Assembly (NCBI GenBank): GCA_965644295.1
Contig: CBFFRP010000146.1
Span: 248,001 to 312,000, forward strand
DNA from: Paraphysomonas bandaiensis
Lineage: Eukaryota > Protista > Chrysophyceae
Length of the DNA: 64,000 nucleotides
Reading direction: 5' to 3'
The notes below the pieces were generated by a model. It was not told the origin of the DNA and did not search any database. It saw only the letters and a list, made by a program, of their open reading frames with translations. This document shows positions 12,463 through 27,653 of the stretch, piece by piece; the first letter of the stretch is position 1, and each line of letters starts with the position of its first letter. The position numbers were made by a program, and so were the translations under genes.

Positions 12463-14205
12463 AGCAATTTCAGAAATATATATATATTAACCATATATAA
12501 TGCATTGCACTGAATTTTGCTTATTATGTACCACTATACCGGATATTGCGAATGGACTGCATTGTCTTGGTTTTACCCACCCCAAAATCTCCTGACGTCG
12601 CACTCTTTGAATTATATGGTCGAGTGTTAAATATATACGTTGCCATGATATAGAACGTATACAATAATTTCGCGGCAAGTTTTTGATATTATTGATTACA
12701 GATGTTAGAGGTAATATCGTATTCTAGAAAGAATGACTAAATATTGTCGAAAGAACAGCCGCGAAAGTTTTATTGCAGTGTCTTCCACAGAGCAATTCAA
12801 ATGTAACGTGCAGATAGTAAGCTGCATTTATGATTCTCTGTTTGAGGCTGCTATTTATATTGTGATTTTCACTATCACTACTTTAATTCTTACAATAATG
12901 CTTACTAATTTAATATCACTATATCTATTGCTTATGACCAGCAGAAGGCAGGATATGTTTTATGTTGAAGGTTTGTGTTATTGCAATGCATATTGCAGTA
13001 CTTGAGATTGTATTATAAGTGTTGATACAATTCTGACAAAAAGATACTGTTGATACTAATACTTTTTGCTAGCAGGATTAGATAAGTATGATGACTCAAT
13101 GTGGCACTCTAGCTGCTGTATTTAATACTCTAAACTAAGTTTTGCTTTAGTTTGACCAAAAAAGTTAAATGCTGCAGTTTTTATTGACTTTTTCTCTTCT
13201 ATCACTTAGATCGTTAAAGAAAAGTTAGTCGTCAGACGAGACAGATTATTACTATTGACTACTGACAGCGGTGCCATTTCGCATAAAGCTCAACACCGAC
13301 ATAATTTTAGCGTTCTGATAGCAACCACAAAATAAATTTTGCACCTTGAACCATCATATATATCGTCATGACACCTCCGTTTCACAATTGTATAGCTATA
13401 CAGTATTTTGACTATGTATTACTGTTTTTCACATTGTTTTAACGAATACATTTCTATCTCAGGGAAGCATATACGAATTCCAACAGTTTACAGATTTCAA
13501 ATCGATTTGTGAGGAATACAGTAGAAAAGAGAGTACTTTTTCGATAGACAGTAGTTTTAGCTGAACTAATCGATAAATTATAGCTTGATATAGTATATAG
13601 TTAATACTCTTAATACAATAAATATAGCGAATTGCAATGAACGATTAAAAATGGTGATCACAATATCAATTAATAGTTCTCTCAACAGCATAATTCAGAG
13701 TTTTTTTGGAGAATAGAGGAGATACATATATTATCAAATGCCATTACATGCCAAATGGCCCATTAATAGGTGACAACTTTCCCGCAATTATAATGACCCT
13801 TCTATAATAATGGCAATACCATAAATGGTTACCAGCGGCCAGCAGGCCCTGTGTTTATGCCCTTAAACTTTTCTTTATAGAGTTTTTTTCTATACATTGT
13901 TGTCACTTATCATATAGAGTATAATGTAATCAAAGGAAGTGTGAATCTAGAGTCTATAGTATAGTATCATAAAAGTAACCAATGCACATGTTTCTTTATC
14001 TTGCTTAAATATTGCGCAGCCATACTTGAGCACAAAGTAAAAACAATACGGCAGCAAAAGACTAGCACACGTATTACTATATCTCCTACTATTGACACAT
14101 ATTTACTGTCTTAATGACAACAACAGAATCAAAGAAGCGCAGATCGTGTGTAAGCAGAGCATAGCGAGTGAGATTTACCATACTATATTATTTTTCTACA
14201 CTCAC

Positions 14206-17200
14206 TCATGACTCGATTTCCATTTCTCCGTTCTCAACTTGACCTTCTATGGTTTCATTTTTATCGTCTGCACCACTACGACCACTTTCTTCTGTATTGG
14301 AGTGAATGCCACTTTGGACCGCACTTGAAATTTCATTGCTAGCTGTAGTCGATGTCGCTCTTGGTGATGTATTCCCAGCAGCTAATACAGACTCTTTCCA
14401 CGTAGCCATTAGCTGCAACAGTAAGAGGAAACCATCAGAAAAATAGAAAAGCATGTCACGATTATCACAGAAAAGAAACTAGAGTATTCGGTACAGTAAG
14501 ACGGTATGATGTACGTGGTGTAATTGTTAGCATCAATGAACTATAAAATGCCAAATGCATGTTTCTATCATATACAGGCTAATACCAGAGATGCAGCCTG
14601 CAAGATTTCACTATTAATTCTGCTGGAGAGCCCCTTGCCTTTGGCCGCAGTCCGAATATTCTTCGGAATGCCCATGTACCTACCAGACTATATGGACACG
14701 TGTACATGTGATAAACACACTCGTCAATATTGAATCGCATTACGCATTACACTACACAAAATGGACAGACAATAATGTGCGACTACTTCAAAAGGTAGTA
14801 CAAATATTTAGTATGGTACATAATATCACACCGTGCAAGCGTACCTTAAGTACAGATGCCGTAACGGGAACATCCGTGGCTCTCTTAAGTAGAGACAACA
14901 ACTCATCAGAATCACTATCAGTGAAATTTACTGAATCCGAAGAATTGACAAAATGTACGTATCGATTTAGCGGCTCCTGCAATTGATCCAAAAGAAGACC
15001 GTTTTCAGAATCGATCCCTCCATCATCACACTCACTCTTTGAAGTTGTAACACTAGAAGTACTAACGATAGGTGCAACTGCAACAGAACGAGCTGACTGA
15101 GACAATCCTGAGGCGGCTGCACTCTTAGCCAAAGAGCGAATCGCTTGTTTAAATGAAGCCAGTCTGCGTCAGATATTAACGAAACAACCATGACGCATTC
15201 TCCACGTACCTTTCTTCCGTATGAGAGGCCATATCTGTTGGGTTATGGATAGACCCCACAGACTTCACTACGTCGCCAAACTCGGCTACTCTTGCTGCAT
15301 TGACTCGCTTTGACAGCGCGCATACGCTCTCCTTCATATCAGCTGACAATGTATTGTAGTCCGATTTCTACGTAATTCAAATTCGTAAGAGAATAAATTC
15401 CACTACATATGAGAACGACCCATTTCAATTCTACCACTTAATACTCTACGGTACCTTGGCGGCATCATCATGAGCCCATCGCAGGAGGTATGGAAGAACA
15501 GATGGTATACCGGGTCCAAAACCTGTGGTGCGAACATAAGTGAATTTAAGAGCACACAAAACAAGTAGAACAAATATTACGTACCACGAAACCTATGTGC
15601 CAGTAAGGCTTGCGCTCCACACATCGTCGCGTGATAAGTTCTGCATAAAACAGTTACATCATATTCAACAGTATATGGTTATATTCAGTAAATATACAAT
15701 TCACGAATGAATACTGCAATATTACTGTTTCGTACCTGTAAGGATCATCTTCAGTAGGGTCCCATACACCACTCTCTGTTTGTAGAGCAAGTAAAGCTCT
15801 CATCCCTTTTCTAATTAAGGCATCATCGTCTCCGCACCCAAAGCACCGCAGACTCTCCACGAATTCAGCGGTTAGATGCACATCTCTTTGCTGAAAGCAA
15901 TACATTACAATAGTTGCGTATACATTGATATATACGAAATTACTCATAGACACATAACTTTCAATACGACATCGCATACCTGTATATGGACCTCCAAATG
16001 GTTCCTCAAGAAATAGTACTCGTGTGGAAATAAACTCGCATCAAGGCGAAGTTCTCCCCAGTTATTCATCGTGAATACGATATGAGTGACAAGGTAGCAC
16101 TGATCAATATATTCGTCCCAGGGAAGTTCATGGGGTCCCTACACGCATATAGTTAATATGACACTTATGTACACAGTTTACTGCATGCGAAGCAAACTAA
16201 ATGAGTAAATAGAGAACACGATTTCCACAAACCTTGTATGGCCTCAACACCGGCAGCCACTTAAAAAGATCCACATAATCACACCCTGAAGTGCGAAATT
16301 TAGACAGAACCACCAAGAACACAAATAGTGGTATTGTACTAACCTAAAACCAACCCAACTCTGTCCGCGTAAAAGGAATGGATCAGAGACGTCGACATTA
16401 GTCTGTATTTGCTGACCTGCATTCATCATAAGGGAACATGACACGTAAACAATCGATGAAAATAGTCTATTATCTCAAAGTTCACTGTAACCAATTTTAA
16501 AGATAACGACAGCACCACAGCATAAAAGGTACAATACTCACTTCTGTGTTAGATGACACTTCTATTCCACCAGAATCGCTGATAGCCCCCTGCTTGGGAT
16601 CCCATCCAAAGTACTCCTCAGCTGAATAAGCAGCCTTGCTCTGATAAAAGTTAACTCTTCGTTAACTTTATGTAGAAAACAAAACATTGCATAAAATACC
16701 TGCAGAAACTGCAACACTTCGGATTTAAGATCGTGTCGAATTCCAACCCTCTCCATACAATACATTCCTATTTGGACTCATATATCATCTTGGTGAACAT
16801 AAAATATATACAATTCACTACGCGTAGAAACAATGACAATAACGCTCCACATCATAGTTCATATTGAAACATACAGAATACGAGTTCATATGTTTATTCG
16901 ACCTACCCGTAACCACCTCCATAACTTCAGATGGAGTGGGATTTCCGTCTTCATCATCTTTCCACCCATCTTGCATTGTCGTGTACTTCCAGCGGTTAGC
17001 AAGATGTTCTACATATTTAAGTGTTTTGCTTCGTATAGGTTCTCCAGTCACAGTCGCCACATCATAGAAGCACTAGTAGATATTGAGTTACAAATCATAT
17101 AAACAAATACTATCATCCCACACTGAGTAAATATGTATGATGACATATTTACTAATACTCGAAAGGTCGAGTCACCTGAATCATATCGTTTCCGAAATAG

Positions 17201-18698
17201 TTGAAGTTATCAGCATCCAACGCCATCTCATATACCCTGCACATATCTATTTGAATACCAAATGCAAAGTATTGTACTAATACCAAAGAAAACATAGTGT
17301 ATAATCTAATAGAGTGTATCAATTTAAACGGTTATACACCACACACTAGAACCTAGCTAACAAATGAATGCATATCCTTAAAATATCATGTACACACAAC
17401 CCTCTACCAAACCTGTCGATTGCTTTAGATACAGCTTTCACCCTCTCTTGGCCCCACGTAGAGGTCGCCCACTCAACGTCTCCTAGACGACTACTCCGCT
17501 TCCGCAAAGCCTTTCCCTATGCATAACCACATGAGGCATGAACACAGTTACGTATAGGCACAATCATATCGCACGTCAAACAGTGACAATCATCTATGAA
17601 AAAACAGTAAATCTCAAGCCAATCATAGCTACCACCTCACTAGAATGCCCTATCCCCCCTCCAACTCCCATAGAAGATAAGAGGTTGCTGCTGGAATTAG
17701 CCTTCTTTAGCTTTTTCTTCTTGTAACCCACATCACTACTATCACTGTCTTCATCTGAGTCGTCGGAGAGGCCTACAAAGAAAACAGTGTAAATTCTACA
17801 CCGCACAATATACAGTATGGTGCGTATACATATATTCCAGTTTTCTGTATTTGCAAAACAGCTACAATATCGCACTAATATTGTTCTTATGGGCATCAAT
17901 GTACCAGAGCGTTGTTCTTTCATCTTGACGTACGCTTGCTCAGTAGCATGTCTCCTTTTCTTACTCTTTACTCCATCCTCATTTCGAACGGCACTTTGAA
18001 TTTCGTCGTCACTACTTTCTTCGTCATCAAAGTCTATGTCTTTGGTATCACCTCGTTTAGATGACTTCTTGACGACTCGAGATGCAGTAGAACTGATGCC
18101 GTTCTCCTTTTCCCAGATTTTTCTAACAATAAAGCACGATCAGAAATAAAAATGCACACAGATAATTACAACCTATTCGCAGTATCCACTTCTTCCCAAC
18201 TAGAGGATTCTGGTATATTCAACTGCATACACAGCTTACGCCTCATCTGTCCACAGTGCATGATTAGGCGAATCCATATACAAACGCAATAAGAACTGTA
18301 TGAAGCAATTCCATATAAACTGCACACGCAATTCAATTACCTCTTCCCTCTCAGTATCTTTTCTGGCCCATTCCTGCTGAGCTTCAGCCTTGACTTTATC
18401 CGATTCAAGTTTATATTTCTCAATCTCATCAGAGGGTAAATTTCTCCACATCTCTCCTAGTTTACCCAATCGATCAGCTGTATGAATATACTATTAAACA
18501 AATCATACAATCTGTATATAATAATCTACCTGCTGGTTTACCATCATCATTAATATCATCAGTTGAAAACTTGTCTTTAATAAATAATTGATAAGCATTC
18601 AATCCAGTGGGTTTCTTTGGAATCACTGAAATATATTTACTTTTTCTTCCTCTTTTATGAACTGATTCATCTTTCATATTCTTTACTTTAGTTGACAT
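14206..18698 (-). CDS. Multi-exon protein: HMG box, helical domain with QW-like motif, TFIIS N-terminal-like C-terminus
   Basis: KKPTGLNAYQLFIKD / LGEMWRNLPSDEIEKY (HMG). Middle exons carry QCYLVTHIVF and LLALQTESGVW. C-terminal part LLSLLKR...VTASVLK...LMATWKESV. More than 15 short exons; the single-gene model is inferred. Confidence 0.6.
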
Positions 18699-18779
18699 AT
18701 TTTAATTTTATTATTTAATGTGGTTTGTAGTATGTATATGAGGCATGACACGATAGTGAACAGTGACAGTCGTACTATC

Positions 18780-18915
18780 GGCAGTCAGCATCTTATTATT
18801 CGGAAATATATTGAAGCAAAAACTTTCTATAGTACTGCAATATAACTACGGCTGGAATACAGATAATTATTGTCTCAATATTAGAGGCATCTTTGAACAA
18901 AAATACACATACGCT
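18780..18915 (-). repeat. ~140-bp dispersed repeat (MITE-like), copy 1
   Basis: Reverse complement of the copies at 39884-40022 and 57514-57645 (TATTTTTGTTC...TATTGAGA.AATAATTAT.TGTATT.CAGC.GTA...TTCCGAA.AATAAGATGC). Confidence 0.85.
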
Positions 18916-19294
18916 GTTTAACACATGAGTATGTATATACATGTCTATATACGGCTGCTGATGTAGTGAGATTTTGTAGCAGATGTAGATACTTGCTGTA
19001 TTTTCTATCATATATATAAGGGATATTCAGAGTTGCTGTTCCAAAAGTTGGCATTTTGACCTTCCACTTTGCATAAAAGTCATACATATCACACCACTGT
19101 AGCATATACGACCATCTCTATACACATATTCCCGTATACAGTGCAGGATATTTTATCCTGGCCTGCTGTGTATGCAGGTAGTTCCTACTTGTACAGGGTT
19201 GATTATACAGCAGTCTGCTGTATATACAGCCAGCATAACCCTCTTAGCTCTCAGCATCTCATCTCATAGACCCCACTATCCACCATACACTACC

Positions 19295-20493
19295 ATGGAT
19301 CTCGCTGAACTCGCCATGATGCTAGAGAGCATCAATGCTACTGAAGTCTCTGACTCTGAGTTCGAACAAGCAGCGAGCAGAGTGTCCTCTTATTCATGGC
19401 TGCCTGACGATCAGAAGCTTCAGTTCTATGCGCTATACAAGCAGAGCACTATCGGAGATGTCAATACTAAACAGCCATGGTCTATTAATATGGTCGCTAA
19501 AGCCAAATGGTAAAACACATAGAACACTATGAGCCTAATTATGCTATGGACTTATATGTATGTATATATATAGGGATGCATGGAAGGCCTATGAAGGATT
19601 CCCTAAAAAGAGTGCGGCTATGGCATATGTATATCTTGCTAATGAACTAGAAGCTGAGGATTGTGCTAGACGTGGTATTGAGTGCTCGAAGAGTGGAGAC
19701 AATGACTCCGAAGGTGATACAAAACGCAGTGCTGAAGAGCAAGCAATGTCGGTGACTGTTAGTACTTTTAAGGATCCGATCAAGTGAGTAAGCACAGTAG
19801 TCGAATATGATACATTTAGACTCTCAATATTGAATGGAAGTCAAGACTAATTTATTTTGACGCATATTTCATTGTTATTTAATTGAAACTTATATGTGTC
19901 TCCTGCTCACACAGTGGCGACATTGAAAAGGAGTCGTGGACAGAGTCGGAAGAAATATTTCAAGCTGTGGTTAATGGTGATCTCGAAGGTGTTAAAAAGA
20001 GCTTGTTAGGTGGTACATCTCCATCTTTACGGGATTCTGAGGTGCGAATCTGATGAATATTATTTAACATTAGAATGTGGTGAATACGTGGAAATCGTAG
20101 CACTGCTTATATATTATACCACAGAAAATGACTCCACTTCACTATGCCGCTGATAGAGGACACATTGATATATTGACTACTTTGGTGGACGGAGGGGCGG
20201 ACTTAAATGCTTTAGATAGTGAAGGACAGACTCCATTAATGCTCGCCGTAATGTGTGAAAATGAGGTAAACAACGACAGTATTGAAAGCAGATGTTAATC
20301 AATGTTGTTTGCTTTCCATTTCATACACTAACGGGGGATATGTAAACAGGAAGTAGTTCAGGTGCTACTATCTAATGGGGCTGACTGCACGATTCGAAAC
20401 AGTTCAGGAGAATCTGCACTAGACATGGTAGATGGTGATAGTAGTGACGGTAGGGCAGTGCTTGCAATGCTTCAGGAAGCATCAACAGGTTGA
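19295..20493 (+). CDS. Acyl-CoA-binding domain + ankyrin repeat protein (ACBD6-like)
   Basis: QKLQFYALYKQSTIGD...AKAKW|DAWK (ACBP). Later exons MTPLHYAADRGH and GQTPLMLA (ankyrin). 5 exons. Confidence 0.9.
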
Positions 20494-21558
20494 GCGCTAT
20501 AATACTTTGTGTCGGCTGGTTAAATGGTGAAGTAGTCGTGCTGTGTCTTATACTAAATTGACTCGAATTATTGTTATTGGTACTGTCATGACATTTTTAA
20601 TCCTATTTAATACATAGTCAACTGTCCCAGTTGATGATGTTTTTATCTATGCTCAGAATTTGTCAGAATTATTGCAATAGTTTCTATTGAGTGTATATAT
20701 ATTAAAGCTGCAAACACGGAGTTAGAAAGTGAAATCGAAAATATTCATAACTTGTTTTTCGCTCTGCGTGACAGGACGGTATCAAATTTTGACATGTGTG
20801 GATTTTTAAACGTTTAAACTTTATTACGTTGAACGTAATATACACTCAATGCTTGAATATAATAAGTTATGATCAATACTCATTGTCATTCGACAAATTC
20901 ATGTAATCTCAACTAGCAATCGCTTTCATACGATCAATATATTTATTATTCCTATTATTATTTCACTACTATTTTTCCTAATTCCTATCGACTATCGAAA
21001 CATGTATAGCTGCATGTTAATCACAGCAAATCATAATTGCAATTACAACTGACTCCAGCTTGCTTCAATTTATTGGGACAACATGTAATACTTGCAATTA
21101 TAATTGACTACAACCTAGCTAGGTCAATTAATTGGTACGCAGCCCTGCTGCTTATCCAGTGGTCAAGGGACATCGACAAGTAAGACAGTAAGACTGTATA
21201 GTGGGCTATCATTAAAAGTAACTTTAATTTCCCGAAGGATATACTCGTTCTTCCGTTTTTTAACTGCTACATATATATTCAGTATGCAATTGATAATATG
21301 AATATCCAACGAGGAAATGACTCCATATTTAAGATAGTTACAACACAAAAGAGTAAAAAGAGTGTATACCTACTTCTACACAGTGCTGAGAATTTCACCA
21401 CACACATCCATAATCCATCAAACTGGTCTGGACACACATTTCCCATATAAATATGTTATCATCTTGTTGTGTAAAACATAAACGTTTATATATCCGAATG
21501 TCGTAAACAACTCAGATGTTGCATGCAGCGAAAAACATCACACTACACGAATCCGCAG

Positions 21559-24500
21559 TTACGCACTACGCTGTGCCATTGGAGACTGTGTGGTTGAAAC
21601 GGTGGAAGAATCTGGCACAGATTCTGACGACTGCTTTACATAGCTTCGCGTAAACAGTGACATCCATGTAACTACAATGCCAATAGCTAGTCCAGCTAGT
21701 GCCGAAATAATAGTTGCATACACCATGTCGTCATCAGTATACTCCATATTATCATTGCCACAGCTGGTGGATCCGTTAAGAGTGTTCGTTGAAGTTGACG
21801 AAGTAGCAAATGCATCATAACACTGCCAGTTTCCACACTTGTCTGATAAATCATAAGAAACAAGAGCATCCATTAGTATTGAAAATGCAAATACAAATTG
21901 TAAATAGACAACGTTTGGAGCTAGGATACATGTGAGCACCAACCCACCTATGACAGCATCCTGTAAACATTCCAAGTAGTTCCACGTCCAGTTATCAGTT
22001 CTACACGATGAATCACATGTGGTTCCATCCACCGTTTTCCCACACACACCCTTGCTCCAAATATCACAGGCATACGAGCAGACAGGGTTGTACGATTCGC
22101 TTAGAGAAAGAGTAAATTTTGGGCAACTCGCTGAGGAATCTTCTCTGCAGTCGGTTTCTGACCCTATACCAACTGCATACTCTCCGCTTTCTAAAATATA
22201 CCTGAGAATAGAAATTAGTACGTCACTAGATATATAGGTGTACGACACAAATCGACACCACGTACCAGCCATCAAGACCAATAAATTTGAGGTCTTCACT
22301 GGCTGTCAGTGTCCACGACAACGTAACAAACTCAGCCGGAGCCAAATCTACTTTTGAAAATCTGTAGAGAGCGAAAGAAACGTTATCAGAGCATCAACCT
22401 CCACCTTCACGCACCTCTTAAGTAGTTTGTACTCCGGCGATACACGTCGGTACACATCAAACAAGAACACTAACACAGAATAGTTTGATGCAACGGCACC
22501 AATGTTCGTAACCGTCGCTGATATTGTAATAGACCCAGTCTCATCAAGAGTGGAGGAAGACAACGTGACATCTGAAACTAAAAATGACGAATATGTCATG
22601 CCTGAGCCAAACTCCCACTCAACCTATATATACTGTCAGTTTTAGGTTCTAGTGAAAACATGTACGCACAGAAAATACACTCAAAATTCAAAAACAAGTG
22701 CACACCATGCATCAAAAACAGGGAAAACCACATAGATATAACAACTAGTGTCAATATTACCTCACAACTACCACTTTCACACTGATCTGACGGCTTGTGA
22801 TGGTAAGGATACGGAATTGCACCGTGCTTCTTAGGGTACGTAAATGGTAATCGTCCAGATGGTGAGATATTTCCGGATATGATATCAGCGATGGCCGTTC
22901 CACCGTAAGGACCAGGTAAGTACGCCTCCAACACAGCGCTGGAAATATCAGCAATGCCATTTAGAAGTCGGGGACGGCCAGATATCAAAACCAGCACAAC
23001 AGGAGTACTTGTTGCGGCTGTTATCGCATTGACAAACTGCATACATATATTTAACATGTTCATTGCAGGCTATAAACGCGTACTCCAGCCAGATCACAAG
23101 GGAAATATATGGAAACAAGACGCATTCAACATGCTACACATACAAAAACTTTATACCACCCACTTACTTCTACTTGACCTTGCGCTAGGTTCAAATCGTT
23201 AATATCACCCGGCTTTTCTGTGTACGTCTCTTCTCCCACACACACTACCACAAACTCAGAATTTTCAGCTAAGTCTAAAATGTCAGTCATGTTGACATCA
23301 TCAAGATTGGTCGCATCAATATCAGGGCCAGGAACGTAGTGTACCTGCATACGATGACATTTAGAGTAGCACTTTGCGGATAGTTCACAGGAACTGCTTA
23401 CGAAGTCGCACATATATCATACATTGTTGTACACGGCACACCAAACATACGCATATAGTGATACTAAAAATGTCATCACTTCTCTTTCGTACCATCGATT
23501 GTAAATATTCATTTTCGATTCCAGATTTGACTGTTACGCCATCCAAAAATTCAGAATCATTAGTAGCCCCTTGCCAATGAAATGACCACCCTCCAGTTTG
23601 CCTGGTTAACGAGTCGCAAGTCGGTCCCGTTACCAAGATATTCTTTCCTACCATGCTTGCGGCTGGGATAGGCAAGGTTAAGTTAACATTTTTCAGAAGA
23701 GTGATGCTCTCGCGAGCAGCTTCAAGAGCTGTTTCTCGATCAACATCCTGACCTACTGTAGAAACCAATGGGTCATCTTTATCTAGCAGCGGTGACTCCA
23801 ACAGTCCCAGAGTATCTTTTAATTTCAATATACGACGAACAGAATCATCAATTCGAGATTCACTAATGACTCCTTCATTTACGAGCTCCAGTGTGTAGGT
23901 AAAAAAAGATGTATCAAGTGGAACCATGCTCATATCGATAGTTGTATCAGTAAGAGCTAATTCGACTGCTTCCTTTTGAGTTGACGACACTTTGTGCCAA
24001 GTATGCAGATTTTCAATTTCTGCATAGTCAGTCACGAGCATACCAGTGAAATTCATGTCATAACGAATTAACTTAGTTAGGTAATCATAGGACGACACCA
24101 TGGGTACACCGCCAAAATCATTGTAACTTTCCATCGCTGTTAAGACACCAGCATCAACAGCAGCCTGGAAAGCCGGGAGATAGAGTTGCTTCATCGAACG
24201 ATCAGACAACTGGACGGGTGAACGATCATGGCCATTAGATGGCAAAGAATATGCAATGAAATGTTTCATACATGCAGCAGCTCGAACTGGTGTGCTTCCA
24301 TCAAAAGTAACTTCTTGAATTCCATTGACGAGTGCTCTTCCCATTTCAGCAGCCAAATATGGGTCTTCACCAAATGTTTCGTAAAATCGAGGCCACAGAG
24401 GGTGTAAAGCGAGCCCAAGAACAGGAGAGAACATCCAAGGAACACCAGCTGCACGGGTATCCTTTGCTCCAACTTTACCAACGTTATAGGCATGCTTCGT

Positions 24501-24929
24501 GTTAAAACTAGCAGCCACGGAAATTTGCTGAGGAAACAGCGTACTGCCATACACATAACTCGCGCCGTGAATGGAATCCAGCCCGAATAAAATCGGGTAA
24601 TTGGATGTATTCTCAGCAATATCTTGAAGATTAGAAATAACATTTCTCCATTGCTGTGCTGTCCATCCCACTTCACCATTAATGCTCCCTCCAGAGAAAG
24701 GAGAGTTCAAAACAGAGCCGATATGATACATACTCATTAACTCTGTAAATTTATTATAGTCGACTTGACCTTCAATGGTATCACTCATGAAATAATTGAT
24801 ATCTATTTGAACCATTTGTCCAATTTTTTCTTCTATTGTCATTTCTGATAATAAAGACTCCACATTAACAGCATACACACTATACACACTACAAGCAGCC
24901 AGTAACAGTGTTACAACTGTCATTATCAA
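21559..24929 (-). CDS. Glycoside hydrolase family 3 beta-glucosidase, secreted, with Fn3-like domain and C-terminal TM anchor
   Basis: Signal peptide; MTIEEKIGQM; GLDSIHG; RFYETFGEDP; ACMKHF; nucleophile LVTDY; SPSGRLPFTYP; Fn3-like ATVTNIG...KLLKRF; Cys-rich linker and TM helix. Confidence 0.93.
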
Positions 24930-25073
24930 TGCCCTAAATAAGACACCTAGATAAAACTACTGTAGGAGGAATTTGTACTCTAATAGAGTCTAGTAATTGG
25001 CAATAAGATGACACTCTGCGTGCAATAAGACGCCAATCTTTTCGAATGACCACAGTACGCAAGATCTACACAC

Positions 25074-25283
25074 ACATACATACATACATACATACATACA
25101 TACATACATACATACATACATACATACATACATACATACATACATACATACATACATACATACATACATACATACATACATACATACATACATACATACA
25201 TACATACATACATACATACATACATACATACACACATACATACATACACACCTACCTACCTACCTACCTACCTACATACATAC
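25074..25283. repeat. (TACA)n microsatellite grading into (TACC)n
   Basis: Directly visible; lies between the divergent GH3 and eIF2-alpha genes. Confidence 0.97.
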
Positions 25284-25574
25284 TTATATACATACGTACC
25301 TACCTACCTGTCTACCTACAGGACATACCTACATATAGCAGTACATATATAATCCCATGAATGGAGGAGCAGCAGTATGGAACTATGGTTAATTGCTTGT
25401 AGTGTTGATAACCACACACCTGCATATTTCTTGTGTAGTGGTATAGTACGAAGTAATGGTATGAAGGTTGTGGTAATGACACAGACATCGTCCTTATATA
25501 CATACACTATCACTGAGATTAATCATCATAGTAAACAAATTTTAATCATTTCCAAATCAAATATAAAAATAAAT

Positions 25575-27179
25575 ATGTCTGAATCAGTGGTATATTCAAC
25601 TAATTTATTCATTCATATTTAATTAGATATAGCAGGAAGTATCGAAGAAAGGAAAGCAGGGCGGTGATTTAGAGACTCTAAAGTGCAGATTTTATGAATC
25701 TCAATATCCCGAGACTGATGAAGTGGTCATGGTCAATGTTACGGATATCGGTGAAATGGGAGCTTATGTTACATTGTTAGAGTACGATAATATTGAGGTA
25801 TAGTATACATACATATGGTTCATCTGTGGTGGGATCGGCTGAAGAATGATAATATTATGAAATTATTAATTGATGATTGTAATGTTTGTATATCACTGAT
25901 ATAGGGTATGATTTTGCTTTCCGAATTATCCAGAAAGCGCATCCGCTCCATCAATAAATTGATTCGAATTAATCGCAATGAAGTTGCTATGGTCCTCCGA
26001 GTAGACAAGGAGAAAGGTGCGTTCTATATATTTCCTTCTGAAGTGTGGCGGAATGCTAGTGTTTACGAAAAGTTTGAGTTTATTCTCTACGTGTTATATT
26101 GATAATCCTTGTAGCTGGCGTTAATGTATATTTTGTCATTTCGTTTTACTGTGGCCTTACCTCTTTGCGTAGGCTATATCGATCTCTCGAAGCGCCGCGT
26201 GGCACCTGAAGATGTAGCGAAGTGCGAAGATCGATACAATAAGGCCAAAGCTGTGCACAGTGTGCTTAGACATGTTGCTGATCAACAAGGGAAGACCCTG
26301 GAGTCGTTGTACACAACTATTGGTTGGCCTCTGTATCAGAGATATGGACATGCCTACGATGCCTTTAAATTGGCACTAACGTGAGTAATTTTATAGTGTC
26401 AGATATTACATACTTATGTATCCAATGTGATGGAGATTAGCTGCGCTGTAAATTTTTATGTTATGATTCTTCTCCAGTCTTTGTATTCACACTAATGAAT
26501 ATTATCGTAGCGACTCAGAGGAAGATATATTTGAAAATATTGAGGTGGATGATCAGACCAAGAAAGACTTGATTGCTTATATTAAGGTAAGCCATTCGTT
26601 GTTGCTTATTCTCTCGCCTGTACAATATGAAGTGCACTGAAAATGTAAAACTTAACGATGTGTTTCTTCGTAAGTAATTGTATTCACTTTTTTGTGATGA
26701 ATCCGCAGAGACGCCTGGCTCCACAACCAGTAAAAATTCGCGCCGATATTGAGGTCACCTGCTTTACGTACGATGGTATTGATGCAATCAAGGATGGTCT
26801 TACAGAGGGAACGAACAGTGGCGTTCCTGAAGCACCTGTGGTCATCAAACTCATTGCCCCTCCTATGTACGTCATGACAAGCATGACCCTCGACAAGGAG
26901 TTGGGCATCGAAACACTCAACAATGCTATCGAGAAAATTTCCACTTATATCAGATCTAAAGGGTAAGTTGATGCTATTCACAAGTCTGGTGCTGTATTGT
27001 AGTATTGGTGTGTGTTGTCTATGTCTCATAACGTGCGGGGTGTTTGTAGTGGAGTGGTCGACGTGAAAATGGCACCTAAGGCTGTGACGGACCGTGAGGA
27101 GTCCGAATTGCAGGCCATGCTTGATCGCCTCGCTCAGGAGCAGGAGGAGGTTGATGGAGACGGTCCTGAAGATGCTTAG
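25575..27179 (+). CDS. EIF2S1: Translation initiation factor 2 alpha subunit
   Basis: [10 protein letters not shown]...[14 protein letters not shown]; [20 protein letters not shown] (Ser51 loop); [18 protein letters not shown]; [11 protein letters not shown]; [10 protein letters not shown]. About 7 exons. Confidence 0.97.
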
Positions 27180-27653
27180 ATTCATAGTGGAGGCGTGTTC
27201 CCTTTTGTTGTGGAATGGAGTTTCACTGATGATATGTAGCATTAGTTTGGTAGTGTTTGCCGCCGTATGTGAGTTTTTTATGGTAGTCATGTAGTAACCA
27301 TGCGTCGTGGCAACATTGCATAGCCGACCGTAATATGATATGGGATTACCTGTCGTCGTTGGTTAGGGATCGTATAAGTATGAACGAGATAATTATCACT
27401 ACTCACGACGGTCACTTTGTCAGCTTGCCACAAGTCGTTTGTCACAAGTCTCACGTATATTGTGTCGAGGGCTCTGGAGTATGCGATTACAGTTTCATCA
27501 TGCGATTAAAAGGGGCAACAAAATAGTGTGTAAATATACAACTAACTCCTATAAGTATACTTTACTTCTTATCAAATTGTGTTTGGCATAATGTCCTTTA
27601 GAAAGCAGAAATACCTCACACTCAACACTCACTATAATCAGAAGCAGAAAATA

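Noticed and set aside
12500-14150. AT-rich gap as a possible gene or element (similarly 28110-29400 and 40050-41300)
   Set aside because: No convincing ORF, termini or repeat unit could be defined by eye.
24980-25360. ORFs reading MYVC/HTYI repeats (also 34198-34529 and 61029-61587)
   Set aside because: Translation artefacts of the stop-free (TACA)n microsatellites.
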